Assembly (NCBI GenBank): GCA_004356985.1
Contig: SMXQ01000148.1
Location: forward strand, 5,973-69,972
Source of the DNA: Alphaproteobacteria bacterium
GTDB lineage: Bacteria; Pseudomonadota; Alphaproteobacteria; SMXQ01
Direction of reading: 5' to 3'
DNA: 64,000 nucleotides
Shown: piece by piece, positions 60,483 to 64,000 of the stretch
Layout of the letters: each line of letters starts with the position of its first letter
Position numbering within the stretch: position 1 is the first letter of the stretch
The notes under the pieces: model-generated
Told to the model about the DNA's origin: nothing
Databases searched by the model: none
The model's input: the letters and a program-made list of their open reading frames with translations, nothing else
Made by a program: the position numbers and the translations under genes

Positions 60483-62555
60483 TTAATCGGAGCGCCTGAC
60501 CGGGCGCACGTCCACGGCGGCGACCCCGGCGCCGCGTTGGCGCACGATCAACGGGTTGACCTCCAGGTCCGCGAGCAGGTGCCGATGGTCGAGATAGACC
60601 CGGCCCAAGCCTACCACGGCGGCCACCAGCGCATCGGTATCCGCCGCCGGCGCGCCCCGGAAGCCGGCCAGCAGTTCCCTGCCCTTGAGCTCGGCGATCA
60701 TGGCCCGCACGTCGTCTTCGTCCACCGGCAGCAGCCGCATAGCGGCATCCCCCATGAGCTCGACCATGATACCGCCGGTGCCCACCAGGATCACCGGGCC
60801 ATAGAGCGCGTCGTCGCGGGCGCCGACGATCATCTCCACGCCAGAGACCATCTCCTGGACCAAAAAGCCGGTGATCTCCGCGTTTGCATCGGCGGCGGCG
60901 ATGCGCCCGGCCAGGGTCGCGGCCCCGGCGCAGACCTCATCGGCGCTCGACAACCCCAGCAGAACGCCGCCCACCTCGGTCTTGTGGGAAAACGCCGGCG
61001 CGACCACCTTGAGCACCACGGGGAAGCCGATCGCCGCCGCCGCCTCGGCGGCGGCGGCGCCATCCTCGGCCAGGACGCTGTTGGGCAAAGTGACGCCGTT
61101 GGCGGCCAAGAGGTCCGCGAACGCGTCGCCTTCCAGGTTTTCAGGCGTGCCCGCCGGCGCCGGCAGGGGGGCAATTGTGCGCCCGGCGCGGGCGCCGTAG
61201 AAGACCAGCCCAGCCAAGGCGCGCAGGGTTTCCGGCAGGCCCTGCAGGTAGGGAATGCCGATGGCGTCCTGGTAGGCGATGCCGTCCTCGCCAAGGTGAT
61301 AGCGCATGCGGCCGAAGCCGATCACCGGCTTGGTGGTGCGGTCCACCAGCGCCCCCATGGGCGCCCCGGCGGCGATGTCGGCGCGGCCAGTGGAAATCTG
61401 CCCCGCCACCGCCAGGATATCGGTGGCGGGATCGTCCAGCGCCACGGCGCACAGTTCCGCCAGCAAGTCGTTGCCGGCGGGAATCCCCGAATCGAGCGGA
61501 TTCTTGGGCGTCATCTCCTTGGGCAGCAAGGGCCGCATGCGGGCCACGGTCTCGGGCTGGAAGTCGGGCATGGAGACCCCCTCGGCCTCGGCGTAGTCGT
61601 AGAGAAGGTCGACGGTCCCGCCCGAGGTGGTGACGAAGCCGATCCCGCCGCCCTCGGGCAACCGCCCCTGGCTGAAGGCCAGCGCGGTTTCCGTCATGTC
61701 GTCGAGGCTGGGACAACTGACGATGCCGTAGCGTTCGCACAGCGCCTCGAACGCCTGCCAGTCGCCGCCGATGGCCCCGGTGTGGGAAAGGGCCGCCTCC
61801 CGCGCACGTTGAGTGCGGCCGGTCTTGATGGCGATGATCGGTTTCGAAGCCGCCAGCGCGCGGGTGCAGGCGGCCTTGAATATTTCCGGCCGGCGGATGC
61901 CCTCGATGAACAGCACAATGATGCGGGTCTCGGGGTCATCGACGAAGAAATTGATGTAATCGGCGAGATCCAGGCCGATCTCGTTGCCCGACGACATGGC
62001 ATAGGAAAAACGCAGACCCCGGGACTGGGCGGTCTGGACCCAGAACTGCAAGGTGCCGCCCGACTGGAACACGGCGGCCACGGACCCCGGGGAGGGCTTG
62101 CAGATGCCGCCATTGGGATAGGCGAACAGCTTTTCCCTGAAGGCGATGCCGCCCATGCAATTGGGCCCGGCCAGGGCGATGCCCGCCTCCTCGCAAAGCG
62201 CCTTGAGGGCGGCGCCGCGGCCGACGATTTCCGGGTCCGTTCCCTCGCCGAGGTGCCCGGCATAGACCGTCGCCGCCTTGAGCCCGTGCCGGGCGCCGTC
62301 CTCGATCACCCCTTGGACCGCCGCCGCCGGCACGATCACCAGCGCCAAGTCGGCCGGTTCGGGCAAGGAGCCGAAATCATGGTAGCAGGGCACGCCATAG
62401 ACCTCGTCCCGGCGCGGATTGATGGGATAGACCTTGCCGGCGTAGCCGTTGGCCTTGAGATTCTGCCAGATGGTCTGCGGCCATCTGGCGCGTTCCGACG
62501 CCCCGACGATGGCGATGGTGGAGGCACTAAAAATGGGCTTGGGCGACCGGAACAC
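60483..62555 (-). CDS. ADP-forming (NDP-forming) acyl-CoA synthetase, fused CoA-binding/ligase-CoA + ATP-grasp domains (FerA/Fcs-like)
   Basis: 690 aa; N-terminal CoA_binding (IAIVGASERARWP), ATP-grasp C-terminal; same architecture as ADP-forming feruloyl-CoA/acetyl-CoA synthetases. Confidence 0.75.
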   Translation of the reverse strand: MFRSPKPIFSASTIAIVGASERARWPQTIWQNLKANGYAGKVYPINPRRDEVYGVPCYHDFGSLPEPADLALVIVPAAAVQGVIEDGARHGLKAATVYAGHLGEGTDPEIVGRGAALKALCEEAGIALAGPNCMGGIAFREKLFAYPNGGICKPSPGSVAAVFQSGGTLQFWVQTAQSRGLRFSYAMSSGNEIGLDLADYINFFVDDPETRIIVLFIEGIRRPEIFKAACTRALAASKPIIAIKTGRTQRAREAALSHTGAIGGDWQAFEALCERYGIVSCPSLDDMTETALAFSQGRLPEGGGIGFVTTSGGTVDLLYDYAEAEGVSMPDFQPETVARMRPLLPKEMTPKNPLDSGIPAGNDLLAELCAVALDDPATDILAVAGQISTGRADIAAGAPMGALVDRTTKPVIGFGRMRYHLGEDGIAYQDAIGIPYLQGLPETLRALAGLVFYGARAGRTIAPLPAPAGTPENLEGDAFADLLAANGVTLPNSVLAEDGAAAAEAAAAIGFPVVLKVVAPAFSHKTEVGGVLLGLSSADEVCAGAATLAGRIAAADANAEITGFLVQEMVSGVEMIVGARDDALYGPVILVGTGGIMVELMGDAAMRLLPVDEDDVRAMIAELKGRELLAGFRGAPAADTDALVAAVVGLGRVYLDHRHLLADLEVNPLIVRQRGAGVAAVDVRPVRRSD

Positions 62556-62739
62556 GGGTTTCTCCCTGATTTTTTTATGCGGCGATATTCGTTGCTTCCC
62601 CTACCCCTGTCAACCGGACGCCAGGGGCATGACCCGGCCCAATCGAACCCTTCGGCCGCAGGGTCCCCAGGGGCCGGGCTTGCCCGGGGACGACCCCTTG
62701 AGATACTCTTGCCCCCACCGGTCATCAGGGAGAAGTTCC

Positions 62740-63090
62740 ATGCGCGGACCCCATGACGTCGGCGGCCTCGAGGCGGGCCCCGTGGACACCACCACCCATG
62801 ACATGAGTTTCTGGGAAAAGCAGATCGACGCCCTGCACGCCCTGGTGGGCGACGAAAAGCGCGGCATCGTGCCCAAGGGCCAGAACCGCCGCTATGTCGA
62901 GGCGCTGGGCGAAGACGTATACAACACGCTCAATTATTACGAACGCTGGACGGCGACCATGAGCCAGCAACTGCTCGAAAAAGGCATCCTCACGCGCGAC
63001 GAGATCGACGCCAAGGTCAAAGAGATCCGCGACCGCCTGGAAGCCACCGGCGAATTGGAGCTTGGCCAGGGCGAAGCGGAAAAGATCTGA
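62740..63090 (+). CDS. nitrile hydratase-family beta subunit, N-terminal half (separate ORF)
   Basis: MRGPHDVGGLEAGPVDT… classic NHase β N-terminus (MxGxHDxGG); AGGGAGAAG RBS; stop TGA overlaps next ATG (TGATG). Confidence 0.7.
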   Translation: MRGPHDVGGLEAGPVDTTTHDMSFWEKQIDALHALVGDEKRGIVPKGQNRRYVEALGEDVYNTLNYYERWTATMSQQLLEKGILTRDEIDAKVKEIRDRLEATGELELGQGEAEKI

Positions 63091-63371
63091 TGGCGCGTTC
63101 CTTCGAGGCCGGGCAAGCCGTGCGGGTCCGCGATGACTACCCCCCCGGGCATATTCGCACGCCGGTGTTCATCCGCGGCAAGCGCGGCGTGATCACCCGC
63201 GATTTCGGTGAACACGATAACCCCGAGATCACCACCTACGAGCTCGAGGGGCCGCAAAAGACGCTCTATGTCGTGCGCTTTCGCCAGATCGACGTGTGGC
63301 CCGATTACGCGGGATCCAAGGGCGACACGCTGGATATCGACATCTTTGAACACTGGCTGGAGCCGGCCTGA
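63090..63371 (+). CDS. nitrile hydratase-family beta subunit, C-terminal SH3-like half (separate ORF)
   Basis: GQAVRVRDDYPPGHIRTPVFIRGKRGVI…FEHWLEPA matches NHase β C-terminal barrel. Confidence 0.7.
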   Translation: MARSFEAGQAVRVRDDYPPGHIRTPVFIRGKRGVITRDFGEHDNPEITTYELEGPQKTLYVVRFRQIDVWPDYAGSKGDTLDIDIFEHWLEPA

Positions 63372-63381
63372 GGAGCAACCC

Positions 63382-64000
63382 ATGACCGATGCGACAAGTT
63401 CTGGCGGCCACGGCCATATCCACCGTGAAAGCGGCCCGCCCCAGCCCGACGACAAGGTCCACAGCTATTACCAAATCCTAGGCATCGCCCTGCAGGAACT
63501 GCTGATCGAAAAGGGCATCGTCAGCGCCGACGAAGTGCGCCAAATGATCGAGCGGCGCGATGCCATCACCCCCGCCCGGGGCGCCAAAATCGTCGCCCGC
63601 GCCTGGACCGATGGCGATTTCAAGGCGCGGCTTCTGGCCGACGGCAACGCCGGCGCGGCGGAACTGGACTGCCCCATGACCTACACCGAATTGGTGGCCG
63701 TCGAAAATACGCCTAAGGCCCACAACGTCATCGTCTGCACGCTGTGTTCATGCTATCCGCGCGAACTGCTGGGCCTGCCGCCGAGCTGGTACAAGAGCCG
63801 CGAATACCGCGCCCGGGTGGTGCGTGATCCCCGCGCCGTGCTGAAGGAATTCGGCACCGAGATCGGCGACCATGTGGAAATCCGCGTCCATGATTCCACC
63901 GCCGATATTCGCTACCTGGTGATCCCCCGCCGGCCGGCGGGCACCGAAGGCATGACGGAATCGGAACTCGAAGACTTGGTCACCCGTGACTCGATGATTG
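63382..64000 (+). CDS. cobalt-type nitrile hydratase-family alpha subunit (3' end beyond window)
   Basis: VCTLCSCYPRELLGLPPSWYKSREYRARVV metal-binding claw-setting motif (CTLCSCY = Co-type). Confidence 0.85.
   Translation, partial: MTDATSSGGHGHIHRESGPPQPDDKVHSYYQILGIALQELLIEKGIVSADEVRQMIERRDAITPARGAKIVARAWTDGDFKARLLADGNAGAAELDCPMTYTELVAVENTPKAHNVIVCTLCSCYPRELLGLPPSWYKSREYRARVVRDPRAVLKEFGTEIGDHVEIRVHDSTADIRYLVIPRRPAGTEGMTESELEDLVTRDSMI

Noticed and set aside
62740-63371. Possibility that the two NHase β ORFs are one gene broken by a sequencing frameshift
   Set aside because: It is not fully rejected. The TGATG stop/start overlap, an intact Met start for the C-half and the precedent of split-β enzymes favour a genuine split, but a 1-nt indel cannot be excluded from sequence alone. 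It is kept as a caveat in the finding.
1-64000. Searched for tRNA/rRNA genes, CRISPR repeats, integrase/transposase or toxin–antitoxin and restriction-type defence genes
   Set aside because: No tRNA-like T-arm/anticodon-arm patterns, no regularly spaced direct repeats with spacers and no recognisable recombinase or nuclease families were found. The window looks like a stable chromosomal region apart from the AT-rich island.

Overview
This is a 64 kb high-GC (~65%) chromosomal window, probably alphaproteobacterial (Rhodospirillales-like). It is almost entirely coding, with about 65 genes on both strands, mostly core metabolism plus several catabolic clusters; no rRNA, tRNA, CRISPR array, integrase or transposase was recognised. 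Calls rest on protein motif and family recognition, start-codon/RBS context and gene organisation read from the sequence. Coordinates of re-picked starts are approximate to within a few codons.

Recognisable content in order (feature rows give coordinates):
- Catabolic/uptake clusters: a TctC plus fused TctA/TctB tripartite tricarboxylate transporter with a bicupin and a VOC/glyoxalase-family enzyme; YeeE/YedE membrane-protein halves translationally coupled to hydantoinase/oxoprolinase HyuA-HyuB, with a convergent isochorismatase-family cysteine hydrolase.
- Transport and housekeeping: pyrE, a five-gene Dpp/Opp-type ABC operon in the order SBP-D-F-B-C, manC, a class III aminotransferase, hemA, pdxH, fabI, aroC, RNA methyltransferases RlmD-like and TlyA, ispA, xseB, an HDAC-family protein and an RND efflux pair.
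- Regulators and membrane proteins: a very large DUF2339 membrane protein, a DUF1153 (SciP-like) gene abutting a PAS histidine kinase, a PadR-like regulator, a CDF transporter and two tandem universal stress proteins.
- 3' end: a CoA-dependent cluster (ADP-forming acyl-CoA synthetase, acyl-CoA dehydrogenase, HCHL-like enoyl-CoA hydratase/lyase, beta-hydroxyacid dehydrogenase) divergent from a three-ORF cobalt-type nitrile hydratase-family locus.

Most unusual observations:
1. A glutathione S-transferase whose RBS-supported ATG reading frame contains an in-frame TGA at the position where an omega-class GST has its catalytic Cys. It is either a selenocysteine-GST candidate or a nonsense pseudogene.
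2. The nitrile hydratase beta subunit is split into two translationally coupled ORFs upstream of a CTLCSC-motif alpha subunit. This is the three-subunit architecture of thiocyanate hydrolase (ScnB-ScnA-ScnC) and toyocamycin nitrile hydratase (ToyJ/ToyK/ToyL).
3. A ~2.4 kb AT-rich island holds only small, unrecognisable ORFs, including a 44-aa transmembrane peptide.
4. There are three separate tandem-repeat operator-like arrays, upstream of an alpha/beta hydrolase, upstream of pyrE, and between a usp gene and manC.
5. Poly-lysine tails occur on a periplasmic TctC and on the crotonase-fold enzyme.

No defence system or mobile element was seen; the candidate novel biology is the selenoprotein-like GST and the split-beta nitrile hydratase/thiocyanate-hydrolase-like locus.
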